From an uncultured Streptomyces sp. (lineage in GTDB: Bacteria > Actinomycetota > Actinomycetes > Streptomycetales > Streptomycetaceae), in the NCBI GenBank assembly GCA_965654005.1, contig CBFHCJ010000001.1:1-56192 (forward strand): a stretch of DNA of 56,192 bases, in the 5' to 3' direction. This document shows positions 9,877 to 19,949 of this stretch, in pieces; the first letter of the stretch is position 1; each line of letters opens with the position of its first letter. The position numbers were made by a program, and so were the translations under genes. Below the pieces are notes generated by a model. It made no database searches and was not told where the DNA came from. It worked only from the letters and a program-made list of their open reading frames with translations.

Positions 9877-11895
9877 TCAGGCCCGCCGCCATCCGGTGGA
9901 GCTGGGGCTGGTCAGCCGGGTCACGTTCCATATCGTCGGTGTTCCGCTGCGTAGCGCTGTAACCAGGGCTTGCTGACGGTCGGCCAGGTGGACGATCACT
10001 TCAGCTGCCGTCAACCCGGCCTGTTCTGGCGCGGCATGAGCCTCGTGCCGGTACCAGTTGCCCAGGAATTCCAGCGTCAGGTCGACCAGGGCACGCCCGG
10101 CATGGACGTCGAGCAAGGCGGTGGCCGAGGTGAACCGTCCGTCGTGCAGGGCGGTGTTGCGCAATGCGTAGAGCCATTCCAGGTTCTTCTTGAACCGTGC
10201 GGCGGTCTCATCGATCCAGTCGGCCAGGGAGCTGGGGTCTGCCAGCCGCGCGCGCCAGGTTCGCAGCCGATTCGCGGTCTCCCCGCCGATGCGGTCGGTG
10301 AGGGCGGCCAGGGCGTCGGCGGCTGCACGCAGCGCCGGTTCCGCGTCGGCGGGCGGTGCGAACGCGTCGAGCCATCGGTTGGGGTGGCGCAGCAGTCCGT
10401 CGTCCCCGATGGCGGTCCAGGCGTCCACCGCGGCTTGGTAGGACTCGTTCTCCAAGGCCCGCTGCAGCGCGGCGCGCAGGTGGAGCTCGGCGGCTCGGGC
10501 CGCTGCCGCCATTTCCGCCACGACCGCCGCGTGGACCTTCTGGGCGCCGCTCGCTGCGGACTCCAACTGGTCGGCTGCGCGCTGCGCCGCACGGTGGGCG
10601 GTGCGGGCGGCCGACACGTGGGCCGCTGCTGCGGTGCGCGTTCGCTGGTGAAGGTCGATCACTTGCTGGCGGGTGGCCTGCAGGCTCAGCGCGCGGGCCA
10701 GCGTGCCGATGCTCTGGGGCTTTACGTCTAGTGCTTCCAGGGCAGCCCAGCACAGTCCGGCAGCGGTCGTAGGGGCCTCGGTGACCCGGGCGACGTGCGC
10801 GGTGCGCAGGCTTTCGCGCAGCGTCGGCGGCCAACTGGTGGTCAGAGGCCGTACCGGGCCCGATCCCAGGACGGGCACGGCGACTCTCAGTGTTCGCCTC
10901 AAATGCGGGGCATGGGCGAGGGTTTCGGGCCGCAGCCGGATCTCCGCGAGGCGCTGGCCCGCCACGTATTGGTCGAGCGATTCCGAGGCCCGCCGCCGGC
11001 CCAGCAGCGCTGCGGCGCCCAGGTCTCGGGCGCGGACGGTGAAGGTCAGCAGTGTGTGGCCGCCTGCCTGGTCTCCGGACCATGCGCGGCGTGCTGCGGA
11101 CGCGGCCTCGGCCAGGTCGGCGAGCGCCTTGAGGTCGGCCGTGGCCTGTCCCCATCCGGCCACCGGTGCGCCGGGCGCGATGGTTGCGACGGCCGCCGCC
11201 GGGTCCATCAGCCCAGCCAACGAATCCAACCGGGATGTTCCTTCGACCACCACGGCCACCTGGAAGTCGCGCTCCGCCGGCAGGAGAACCTTCAGGAGTC
11301 TGTCGGCGTCGAACTTGCCCCTGCTCAGCTCGGCGCGCACATCGTCGTTGAGCAGTTGGTGCTGACGGCCCTCCATGACGCACAGGGCGGCCAGCTCCAG
11401 CGCGAGCCGTTGTCTGGTGTCCGCCTGTGCTGTCCCCTGCCAGGCCGCTGCGAACCCGTCGGCGACGGCGGTGTGCACCGCGTCCGCCCAGGCTGCCAAG
11501 AGTTTGGCCAGTGCTGCGCAGTCCGCCGGACTGTCCAGCCCTGTCAGGCCGTCCGTCTCGATGTCCTTCAATGCGTCTACCGCGCCGCCGAGCCGACCTG
11601 CCGGGAGATGCGGCTCGAGTTCCTCGAGCGTTTCCCGAGCATCGACGATCAGGTCGAGCGTCGGCCTTGGATAGGGCTGTGGCTTCGATCGGCCTGGCCG
11701 CCCCCGGGATTCCAGCGCGGAATGCGCCCGGGCCATTGCAGCGACTGCGGTCGGCGCGCTGGTGACATGCTGGGTCAAGACGGCTTCGGCATCGCTCGAC
11801 GCCAACACCGCTTCCAGCAAAGAACGTTGCCCGTCGTCGAGCCCGGCTCTCGCGCACAGTCGGATCAGATCGGCCTCAGCCCCCACCAGCGACAT
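9877..11895 (-). CDS. Large hypothetical protein with C-terminal HEPN-like (ApeA-like) motif
   Basis: 672-aa ORF. AGLCWAALEAL upstream and WLYALRNTALHDG (RxxxxH) near the C-terminus. Confidence 0.6.
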   Translation of the reverse strand: MSLVGAEADLIRLCARAGLDDGQRSLLEAVLASSDAEAVLTQHVTSAPTAVAAMARAHSALESRGRPGRSKPQPYPRPTLDLIVDARETLEELEPHLPAGRLGGAVDALKDIETDGLTGLDSPADCAALAKLLAAWADAVHTAVADGFAAAWQGTAQADTRQRLALELAALCVMEGRQHQLLNDDVRAELSRGKFDADRLLKVLLPAERDFQVAVVVEGTSRLDSLAGLMDPAAAVATIAPGAPVAGWGQATADLKALADLAEAASAARRAWSGDQAGGHTLLTFTVRARDLGAAALLGRRRASESLDQYVAGQRLAEIRLRPETLAHAPHLRRTLRVAVPVLGSGPVRPLTTSWPPTLRESLRTAHVARVTEAPTTAAGLCWAALEALDVKPQSIGTLARALSLQATRQQVIDLHQRTRTAAAAHVSAARTAHRAAQRAADQLESAASGAQKVHAAVVAEMAAAARAAELHLRAALQRALENESYQAAVDAWTAIGDDGLLRHPNRWLDAFAPPADAEPALRAAADALAALTDRIGGETANRLRTWRARLADPSSLADWIDETAARFKKNLEWLYALRNTALHDGRFTSATALLDVHAGRALVDLTLEFLGNWYRHEAHAAPEQAGLTAAEVIVHLADRQQALVTALRSGTPTIWNVTRLTSPSSTGWRRA

Positions 11896-12001
11896 GATCC
11901 GACCCTAGCCGCCCGACTGCCAGGCGATCCCCCCGCAGTTGGCCGCAAGTGGGAGACGGTCCGACGCTGATCGGCCACTCAACCCGGCACTAGGGTGGAG
12001 G

Positions 12002-13102
12002 TCACCAGCCTGACCAGGCCTGCATCCGGTGCGCAATATCGGTGAGGTGTGCTGCTACTTCCGCGTTCAGGGAGGGGAAGCCCTCCCCAGGGAAATACAC
12101 CTCAACCAGCCCGTAGAGTGGCTGATTCAGGGACAGTTGCTCCTGAATGCGCTGCTCGGGCCGGTAGTGCACAAGGGTGTTGCGGAATCCCCGGTGCGCC
12201 TGGTCCATCCGTACGCTCGTTGGCGCGGTGAGGATCTCGTCCAGCAGTGCTCGCGCTGACAACCGGAGTCTCGGTCCATATTCCTTGGCAAGCTTGCGCA
12301 GGCTTGAGAGGACGTGATGCAGCGTTATGTAACGCAGCTTCGAGACGGTTACAGCCGATGGCCCTTCGGCGTCGTCGGCCAGCAGGACGTCGACCACGCT
12401 GAGCGCGCAGGTAAGACCCGTCAGGGCTGCTTTGAGCTCTTCCGGGAGGGCCGGGTCGAAGGCTTGCCGGTAGGTCTTCTCAGCGCGCACCTCTCTATCA
12501 GCCAGATCGGTGGCCTTCAGGGTGTCCATGAAGGACTCTCCAGCCCACGGTAGTTCATCCGTCGCCGCGGACGCGTAACGACCTAGTTCCGCGGCAACGT
12601 CGTGGAGTTCACGGCGGAGTGCGGCAGGATTTCGGATCTGCTGCGGTGAGAAGCCGAGGAAGAAGTTCGCGACGTGGGAGGTCGAGATGACCCGGCCGCG
12701 GCAGCGCCACAGGACGAGGTCCTTCTCGAGGGGACGGGCAAGTGGCAGCCAGGTGTTGTTCAGGAACTCCTCACGGTGGGCCTCAATGATGCGCTCGAAG
12801 TCCTTGCCGATGTCGGGCAGTTGCTTTTTCGTGTCGTCGAAGAGTTTCACGGAGTGGCGCGCGCGTTCGATGGCCGCAGCGCAGTCGTAGGCCAGCTGTT
12901 CGGCGAGGGCCGGCTTGATCGCCTGCAGCGCCCGATGGGACTCGTGGACGACGAGACAGATGTAGTTGTGCATGCCGTACATGGGGACGACCGCCCGGTC
13001 TCCGGCGGCCAGTACGCCCTGCATGAAGCGCCGCAGGAACATCAGGTCCTGTGCGATCAGCCCAAGCGCGATGTCATCGCCGTGCGAGGTGTTCGTCGTC
13101 AT
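12002..13102 (-). CDS. Hypothetical protein with HEPN-like RxxxxH motif
   Basis: AGGAAG RBS before MTTNTSH. GFRNTLVHY near the C-terminus, plus an earlier RARHSVKLFD. Confidence 0.55.
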   Translation of the reverse strand: MTTNTSHGDDIALGLIAQDLMFLRRFMQGVLAAGDRAVVPMYGMHNYICLVVHESHRALQAIKPALAEQLAYDCAAAIERARHSVKLFDDTKKQLPDIGKDFERIIEAHREEFLNNTWLPLARPLEKDLVLWRCRGRVISTSHVANFFLGFSPQQIRNPAALRRELHDVAAELGRYASAATDELPWAGESFMDTLKATDLADREVRAEKTYRQAFDPALPEELKAALTGLTCALSVVDVLLADDAEGPSAVTVSKLRYITLHHVLSSLRKLAKEYGPRLRLSARALLDEILTAPTSVRMDQAHRGFRNTLVHYRPEQRIQEQLSLNQPLYGLVEVYFPGEGFPSLNAEVAAHLTDIAHRMQAWSGW

Positions 13103-13600
13103 TGCGGTGCACTTCCTGCGAGTTGCCTGTGTTGAGGGGGTATGCGGTGTCAGCGTTGCGGTGAGACAGCTGTGCGGGCACCAGGTTTTACTGTGCACAA
13201 GATCCGCTTCGCTGCCCGCGCTACCGTGACCGGTTCGGGCGAGGTCCCGGTGAGGGCGCGGGTGCGCGAGGGCAGGGGACGGGGCGTACTCGTTTGGTGC
13301 GTCGGGGGCCCTTTAGCCGGGCCGGGAGAGGCCGGGCGCCAGCCGAGTAGGAGCGCTCTACCCGCTGCCCGGGACGGCGTTGCTTTCACCCGTGGTCCAC
13401 GGTTTCGCGTGCTGGGTCGTCCGAGTCGACGGCGCCGGTGGCGTCCCGACCGAAGAGGCCGTCTTGCCCTGACAGTCCCCTGCGCAATGGAGCGCTGCCT
13501 CTGGTGCGGTGTGGGGCGGAGATCACGCGCTGTTCCTTTCCGTGGGATCGGGTCATCTGCCGGGCTTCGGCTCGTATGGCTGTACGCCGTTCACGGCCAG

Positions 13601-14680
13601 CTAGGTCAGGTAGAACGGGAGCAGAGTGCGCATGAGCTGTTCGCCACGCGTGGTCAGGGCAGTGAAGTCGGCTTGGTTCATCGCCTTGAAGTTGGTTGGG
13701 TAGGTGGCGACTCGCTCTCGCGGTACGAGGTCGGCCGGAGGGGCGGGCAGCCGGTGGTCTTTCATGCCGAGGTAGGCAAGGGTGAATCCGTCGATGCGGC
13801 CGGTGGCACCCCACTCATGGAGCCGGGCGCGCCCGGCGTCCTGGTTTTTGCGATGGACGGTCTCGAAGGAGCGGGCTACGCGTCGTGCGATGAAGTGCGG
13901 TGCTTGGGAGGGCAGTTCTCCCTGCCCTGCGTCACAGGCGATGACGTAGGGCACGTTGAAGACCTGCGGGGTGAAGGCGGCGTTGCGGCCGGGTTCGAGG
14001 ACGGACAGGCCGAGGTTGTCGAAGACCCCACCGTCGGTCAGCAGGACGGTGTGGCGCTGGAGTTGGCCGGCGCGTTCGAAGGTGAAGGTGCGTTCCATGG
14101 CCGGCAGGAGGAGGGGGAAGGCGGCGGAGGCGGCGACTGCGGTGGCGACCTGGACGGGTTCGGTGATGGTGCCGTAGCGGGAGCAGCTGCTGAGGGCGCT
14201 GCCGAAACGGACGGCGTTGGTGGTGGCCAAGTCAGTGGCGGTGATGACGGTGTGGAGGCCGGGGTAGGTGACCTGGTCCATGGTCTTGGTGCCGAAGGCG
14301 CGCTCGGCCAGGAGCGTGGCCAGGGCGTCGGTGCGATTCGCCGTGCGGGTGACGGCGACGGTGCGGGAGAAGAGTCCTTTGGCCCGGGCCCGGGTTGCGG
14401 CGGTGAGGTTGCGGGCTGCGGCGGCGGGGGTGAGAGCCTTGCGGAGGATGTCCCATTGCAGGCCGGTGCGCAGTAGTTCGGTGGTGCGGGCGTCGAAGTC
14501 GGCGAAGTCGGCGGGCCCGTAGGCCCACAGGGCGGCCAGGAGGGAACCACCGGAGATTCCGGAGACGACGCGGACCTGGGCGAGGAGGTCGCGGTCGTTG
14601 AGGGCGCGCAGGCAGCCGAGGTGGAATGCGGCGGCGCGGGAGCCTCCGCCGGACAGGGCGAGGCCGATGGTGCGGGTCAT
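13601..14680 (-). CDS. Patatin-like phospholipase
   Basis: LALSGGGSRA, GISGGS nucleophile elbow, DGG catalytic Asp. The ATG overlaps the upstream TGA (ATGA). Confidence 0.92.
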   Translation of the reverse strand: MTRTIGLALSGGGSRAAAFHLGCLRALNDRDLLAQVRVVSGISGGSLLAALWAYGPADFADFDARTTELLRTGLQWDILRKALTPAAAARNLTAATRARAKGLFSRTVAVTRTANRTDALATLLAERAFGTKTMDQVTYPGLHTVITATDLATTNAVRFGSALSSCSRYGTITEPVQVATAVAASAAFPLLLPAMERTFTFERAGQLQRHTVLLTDGGVFDNLGLSVLEPGRNAAFTPQVFNVPYVIACDAGQGELPSQAPHFIARRVARSFETVHRKNQDAGRARLHEWGATGRIDGFTLAYLGMKDHRLPAPPADLVPRERVATYPTNFKAMNQADFTALTTRGEQLMRTLLPFYLT

Positions 14681-17205
14681 GGGCGGGCGTCGTCCGATCG
14701 GCGTGGGGCAGGCAGGCGGTGGGGCTGGGTGGCGTAGCCGCCGGGCCACCAGGTGATATCGAGTTGGCCGGGCCGGATGCCCGCCGGTGCGGGGGCGGGG
14801 GTGTCGGTGCGGTCGGCGAGGCGGGCGTAGAAGTGGGGTGGCTGGTTGTCCTCGAGCCAGGCCTTCCAGATGGGGGCGGGGCCGCCTGCGATGAGAACGA
14901 GGGCGCGGGGCGGGGTGTCCTCCAGAGGCAGGGTGAGGGTGTCCATGGCGGCAAGGTCGGTGGGGCTGGGGCGAGCTGGGCCGTGTGGGTGGGTGTGCCA
15001 CATGCCGAGGAAGCGGGTGGTGGCCTGGGTGGCGGTGCGGCGGGCCGCGAGGTGTTCTCGGACGCCGGTGGTGCCGTGCTCGAAGTGGTGCTCGCTGAGC
15101 AGGGAATCGGGCGGCGGGCCGGTGGCTTCATCGATCCACAGAATGCCGGTGGCGTCGTCGATGGCACCCAGGAGCATGCCGCCGGTTTCCACCCGAGGGC
15201 CGCGGACGCGGGCGCCGCGGCGGGCTTCGGCGCGCATTTCGGTGAGGGCGGCGGTGCTGATGCGGACCTGGTACCCGCCTTCCTCGGTCAGGACGGTGTC
15301 GTTGGGCCAGGTCCACCAGCGGGCGCCAGCCGGGGTGGGGTCGTGGGGACCGGCGGGTGAGCGGACGGTGAGGGCGGCCATGGTTCGCTCGGGTTCGGGG
15401 GTGTTCAGGGCGTGCAGGATGCCGGTCATGAGCTGTCCGGCCAGGCCGGTGACGTCGGCTGCGGAGCCGGTGAAGGTCGCGTCCGAGCAGCCGGGTTCGG
15501 GTTGGAAGAGGTCGGTACGCGGCTGGGCGGGGAAGAAGTCGTCGAGCATATCGGCGTGGGCGCCGGTGGCCTCGGCGCGGGAGGCGAGGGCGGTGCGGCG
15601 CAGAATGTCGGTGCCGCCGCCGGTGGCGCGGGTGGGTGAGAGGGCGGCGATGCCGCGGCTTGCCTGGTGGCCGATCATCACTGTGGCCAGGGGCGGCCAG
15701 GCAGCGGAGTCAGTGGCGCGGGCGGCTTCCAGGTAGGCGCGCACGATGCGGTTGGCGGTGGCGTCGACGATGAGGTCGAAGGAGTGCACGTCGGCGTCGG
15801 CAAGGGTGGTGATGATGTTGCCGGTCAGCGGTTCGACGCGGGTGGTGTGCGGGGCGATGGTGGACAGCCGCGCGGCGAGCGTGCGGCATTTGGAGCGGCC
15901 GATGTCGGTGTCCGTGTAGGGCTGGCGGGCGAGGATACCGGGGTGGACCAGCCCTTGGTCGGCGACGGTGACGCGGGCAGCTGCGGCGCGCACGCACATC
16001 TCTGCGACGGGGGCGCCCAGGGCGCCGGATCCCAGGACGAGGATCTGCTTGCCGGCCAGCCAGGCGGCCGGGGTGCCGGCATCGCGGCGCACGGTGACCT
16101 GCGGGCGGGCTTCCTGGATGCGGGCCCACCGGGTGGGCAGGCTGTCCAGCCATTTTTTGCTGGTCTGCTCGAGGAAGTTCTGGCCCAGTTCGGCCAGCGG
16201 CGGGTAGTCGTCGAAGGCGGCCGCGGACAGGCGGCCCATGATGTCGGCCAGGTCGGGGAGGTTCCAGGCGACCAGGTGGGGCAGCAAGTGGTCGCTGCCG
16301 GCGATGCCCCGGGAGGGCGTGCCGATCAGGAGGTAAAGGGGGGCGACGGGGGTGTCGTCGTCCGGGTCGGCGGCGGGCAGCAGGACCGTGCGGTTGCGAT
16401 CGGCGGCCACGCCGATCAGACCGAGGATCATGGCGGGCGTGATGCCTTCGCCGGCCAGGACTGCGGTCAGCTCGCGGGCCGTATTGGGGTATTCGAAGGT
16501 CAGGTGCCGGGCGGTGATCAGGGCGGGGGCGAGGAAGACATCCGCGTCCGGCGGCAGGCCGGCCGTCTGGCGGGCTTGTTCGGCGCTGGTGGGCCAGGAG
16601 CCCAAGGGCAGCCAGCCGACGACGTCCTGGCGGTCGTCGCGGACCCGGTGCAACAGGGCGGCGCCGATCCAGGGCGTGTCGGTGGCGTTGGGGGCGTCGT
16701 GGCGGACGACCAGCAGGCCCGCGGCCTGGCGGGTCAGGGCGTTGGGCGGGTGAAGCGGTTCGCCGGGGGTGTCGAGCTCGCCTGCGGCGGCGGCCTGGAA
16801 CCAGTCCCAGACGCGGCTGATGAAGCCATACATGCCGTCGGCCGGATCCCATTCGGTGGCCGGTGAGCGGTACATACACAAGTTGTGGGCCCAGTTGACA
16901 TGGGGGGCGCCGGCGAAGCGGGTGTGTGCGGTGCGGACCCGGGGCACGTCGAAGGGGAAGGCGGGCGGGATCAGCAGGGTGATCGCCTCGCGCCGCTTGA
17001 AGTGCAGGCCGGCGGGGGTGGGGGGCAGGGTGGAGCAGTCCACGCCGAGGCGGGCCTCGATCCAGCCGGGATACCCGCCGGATTCGTCGGCGAGGGTGAT
17101 GCGGCCCAGCTCGATGGCACGGTTGGCTGCGGCGATCCGCTCGAGCTGGGCAACGGCCGATTGCTGCCCCCGTGTTGCCTGCTGCAGCAGGAGGAGGTGA
17201 CTCAC
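14677..17205 (-). CDS. Prokaryotic E2 + ThiF/E1 + JAB fusion (Cap2/Cap3-like ubiquitin transferase-isopeptidase)
   Basis: E2: FPFDVP...PHVNWAHNLC. E1: VLGSGALGA, HPGILARQ, DATAN, PGCSDATF. JAB: ETGGMLLG, WHTHP...SPTD. GTGA overlap with the MBL gene. Confidence 0.92.
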   Translation of the reverse strand: MSHLLLLQQATRGQQSAVAQLERIAAANRAIELGRITLADESGGYPGWIEARLGVDCSTLPPTPAGLHFKRREAITLLIPPAFPFDVPRVRTAHTRFAGAPHVNWAHNLCMYRSPATEWDPADGMYGFISRVWDWFQAAAAGELDTPGEPLHPPNALTRQAAGLLVVRHDAPNATDTPWIGAALLHRVRDDRQDVVGWLPLGSWPTSAEQARQTAGLPPDADVFLAPALITARHLTFEYPNTARELTAVLAGEGITPAMILGLIGVAADRNRTVLLPAADPDDDTPVAPLYLLIGTPSRGIAGSDHLLPHLVAWNLPDLADIMGRLSAAAFDDYPPLAELGQNFLEQTSKKWLDSLPTRWARIQEARPQVTVRRDAGTPAAWLAGKQILVLGSGALGAPVAEMCVRAAAARVTVADQGLVHPGILARQPYTDTDIGRSKCRTLAARLSTIAPHTTRVEPLTGNIITTLADADVHSFDLIVDATANRIVRAYLEAARATDSAAWPPLATVMIGHQASRGIAALSPTRATGGGTDILRRTALASRAEATGAHADMLDDFFPAQPRTDLFQPEPGCSDATFTGSAADVTGLAGQLMTGILHALNTPEPERTMAALTVRSPAGPHDPTPAGARWWTWPNDTVLTEEGGYQVRISTAALTEMRAEARRGARVRGPRVETGGMLLGAIDDATGILWIDEATGPPPDSLLSEHHFEHGTTGVREHLAARRTATQATTRFLGMWHTHPHGPARPSPTDLAAMDTLTLPLEDTPPRALVLIAGGPAPIWKAWLEDNQPPHFYARLADRTDTPAPAPAGIRPGQLDITWWPGGYATQPHRLPAPRRSDDARP

Positions 17206-18503
17206 ACGGCACCGAATCCGACGGAGGTGGCGGGCACGGCCTCGTCACCACGGGCTTGGCGCACCGCTTCTCGGCCCGCTTCGATACCGCGTGGCTGCGG
17301 AAGATCCGCCACGGCCTGCGCCGAGGGGACGCTGCGTGTCACCCCCAGTGCGGCCAGCAGGGCACCCCTACCGCCGGTCAGGACGGCGGACTTCTCGACG
17401 AGTTCCCCGGTGGCCACCAGGTCCAGGCCCAGGCCCGGCTCGAGGGCGAAGACCACCGGGCGGGGATCGTCCTCGGTGGGGTGCTCTCCCGTGCACAGCA
17501 CGGGCAAGTCGGTGACGCTCTTCTCGTAGGCCTCGCGGGCGAGGCGGTGCGGCGGGTTGTCGCCGCTCTTGTCGCTCGGCCTGAAGGGCCGGGAGCTGGC
17601 GATCACACGGGCATCGGGCCGGGCATACGCCTTCAGCTGGTCGAGGACGTCCTGCTTGAGCTCCTCGACGCCGTCCTCCCCCGGCGCGTACATGACCTTC
17701 TTGGAGCAGTGGTGCGGCGAGAGCAGGACGTCCCACCCGACCCGCTCGGTGCGGTCGTGGGACTCGCTGTAGTCGAGGATCTTCTTGATCGTCGGGTAGG
17801 CGAGGTCGCCCAGCAGCAGGACGCGGCCCTCCGTGCCGTCCTCGGCGGTCAGCTTGAGCTGCAGGGCGAGCGAGGTGTCGTTGCGCTCGCCGGCGCAGTC
17901 GCCGCGGAACGGGGCGTGGACGAAGGCCTCGAACCGGCCGGAGACGTCGGTGCCGTCGACGGTGGTGATCGGATTGCCAGGGGTGGTGAAGTAGGCGTCC
18001 GGCAGTTCGGCGTAAGAGTGCTGGTCGCGGTCGTCGTCGTAGCCGATGATGCGGACCTTGTCGCCGCTGTCCGGTTCCTTGCCCGCCTTGACGGCCTTGA
18101 GGGTGGCCTGCACGCGGCGTTCGACTTCGTCGTGGAAGAGCTGGGCGTCCGGGCACATCGGCGTGTCCTCGTCGAGCTCGCGCCACAGCCGGGGCGTCGC
18201 CCAGATCTCGCCGATGTGGATCGGGCTGTCGAGCAGGTCGCCGAATCCGCCGCAGTGGTCCTTGTCTGCGTGGGTGAGCGCGAACAGCGCCAGGTAGGGG
18301 GTCTCGCCGTCAGGCTGCTTGGGCAGCGTGTCGGCCAGTCGGTCGATGACCGCGGCCACGACCGCGTCGTCCTGGTCGGCGGCCTTCATGTCATGCAGAT
18401 CGACCTGCATGACCAGGTCGTCGCCCAGCGCGACGGTGGTGGAGTCGCCGGTGCCGACCGGCCAGAACACCACGCCCTGTTCGGGAAGTTCCGCCTCGAC
18501 CAT
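17202..18503 (-). CDS. ComEC/Rec2-like metallo-beta-lactamase-fold hydrolase with C-terminal FG-AV tail
   Basis: FWPVGTGDS, THADKDHC, LLLGD, SPHHCS. Flexible C-terminus ...PATSVGFGAV. GAGGTAGG RBS. Confidence 0.88.
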   Translation of the reverse strand: MVEAELPEQGVVFWPVGTGDSTTVALGDDLVMQVDLHDMKAADQDDAVVAAVIDRLADTLPKQPDGETPYLALFALTHADKDHCGGFGDLLDSPIHIGEIWATPRLWRELDEDTPMCPDAQLFHDEVERRVQATLKAVKAGKEPDSGDKVRIIGYDDDRDQHSYAELPDAYFTTPGNPITTVDGTDVSGRFEAFVHAPFRGDCAGERNDTSLALQLKLTAEDGTEGRVLLLGDLAYPTIKKILDYSESHDRTERVGWDVLLSPHHCSKKVMYAPGEDGVEELKQDVLDQLKAYARPDARVIASSRPFRPSDKSGDNPPHRLAREAYEKSVTDLPVLCTGEHPTEDDPRPVVFALEPGLGLDLVATGELVEKSAVLTGGRGALLAALGVTRSVPSAQAVADLPQPRGIEAGREAVRQARGDEAVPATSVGFGAV

Positions 18504-18905
18504 GTCCTACCTCTTCACGCCATTGTGATCAACAAGCTGGAAAAGCACACGCCTTCGCCGTGACGTCCAGGTGTACCACCCGCCACTGACAACAGCCCCC
18601 GCGATGGACACCGACAGCAGCCGCCCTTCGGGTTCGGTGCGTCTCTACCTCGGCCACGTCGAGTTGGTCCGCGTCCAAGGGACTGCGTCCGCGAGTTCGC
18701 CACGCCACGTGCTCGATGAGTGGTGTGCGCCAGCCATCTGGCGTGGCCTTCAGGGGCGTTGCCTGGGCTGGGCGGAGAGGCAGGAAGCGGCGGACGGCCG
18801 CGCCTGCCAGCACGGCCGTCTGAAGCCCGGGCTGCGTTGACTGCAGGATTGCGAGCCGGGACACGCTTGTAGCAGGCTCCGCCGCTCTCCCGCAGCCCGT
18901 GCGCC

Positions 18906-19949
18906 CTACCCGATCAGAGCCGCGCGTAGCCGTTCCGCCAGGGGATTCAGATCACCCGCTTCGGCGGCTCGCAGCGCAGTGAAGTAGGCGGGGCGATCAG
19001 CTGCCAGGTCGGCGGCAACGCCTCTACGGCAGAGTTCGAAGGCTGCCTGATCGAGGATGATGCGCGCCAGGCGACCGTTGCCGTCTGGGAACGGCATGAT
19101 CGATACGAACTCGTGATGGAACCACGCAAGTGCGCGGAGGACGACCTCTCTGTCGGCTCCTACGGCTTCTGCGTACGCGTGACGCCATCTGTCGAACAAT
19201 GAGGCCAACGCGTCTTCAATCTGCTCAGGCGGCAGGCCCGCGTGGAGGAACTCGCCGTCCGAGTCGACGACGTAGGTCTGCATCGCTCGGACCCGGCCGC
19301 CACGGACCGGCGGCACAACAGGCTCGCTGTTTCCCTCTGCGAGGGGGATGTTCTCGAACATGGCGGCGTGCAGCAGCCTGATCAGCGAGCTGTCGAGCCT
19401 GGCCACGGTTGGGAGCCGCGCAGCGATCTGTTCGTCCTGCAGCTCGTTACGGAGCAAACGCTGGATCCTGTCCTGCTGGTCGGTGTTGAAGAATGCGACC
19501 TGTTCCTCAGGGCTCATGGGGATTCTGAGGAATTCCAGACGCAGCCCGTAGCCCCGGGGATCGTCCAAGGCGGCTCGTATGCGTTCCACATTGAAGATCT
19601 CGTCGTAGGGCCCTCCGAGCGCGAGCAGTTGGGCGCGCTCCCCGACAGTGAGGTGCTGGTTGACCAGGAAGATGAACCCATCAGCCTTGTTCGCCTTGAC
19701 GCCCAGGAGATCGCTCTTGTACTTCTTCCTGATCTCGGCGAAAGAACTGGCCGTCGTGGGGAAGTAGACGGCTGCGACGTATGTCTTGTCGTCGCGCCGG
19801 AGGAGAATGTCCTTCTTCCCGTCTGGGCCGCCCAGAGGCGCCTGCGGCTGGATGTCCGTGTAGCCGCTGATACGAAGGATCCCGGCGCATAGGCGCTCGG
19901 CGAGAACCTGGCCAAATCGCCAGTGGTGGAGAGCCAGTTCTGTCAACAC
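18906..19949 (-). CDS. Restriction-endonuclease-like N-terminal domain fused to a Fic/Doc domain lacking the catalytic His
   Basis: N-terminal AERLC...GGPDGKKDIL. C-terminal IMPFPDGNGRLAR, against the canonical HPFxDGNGR. Confidence 0.75.
   Translation of the reverse strand: MLTELALHHWRFGQVLAERLCAGILRISGYTDIQPQAPLGGPDGKKDILLRRDDKTYVAAVYFPTTASSFAEIRKKYKSDLLGVKANKADGFIFLVNQHLTVGERAQLLALGGPYDEIFNVERIRAALDDPRGYGLRLEFLRIPMSPEEQVAFFNTDQQDRIQRLLRNELQDEQIAARLPTVARLDSSLIRLLHAAMFENIPLAEGNSEPVVPPVRGGRVRAMQTYVVDSDGEFLHAGLPPEQIEDALASLFDRWRHAYAEAVGADREVVLRALAWFHHEFVSIMPFPDGNGRLARIILDQAAFELCRRGVAADLAADRPAYFTALRAAEAGDLNPLAERLRAALIG

Noticed and set aside
13601-18503. Type II CBASS or Pycsar call
   Set aside because: No CD-NTase or PycC cyclase gene in or near the operon
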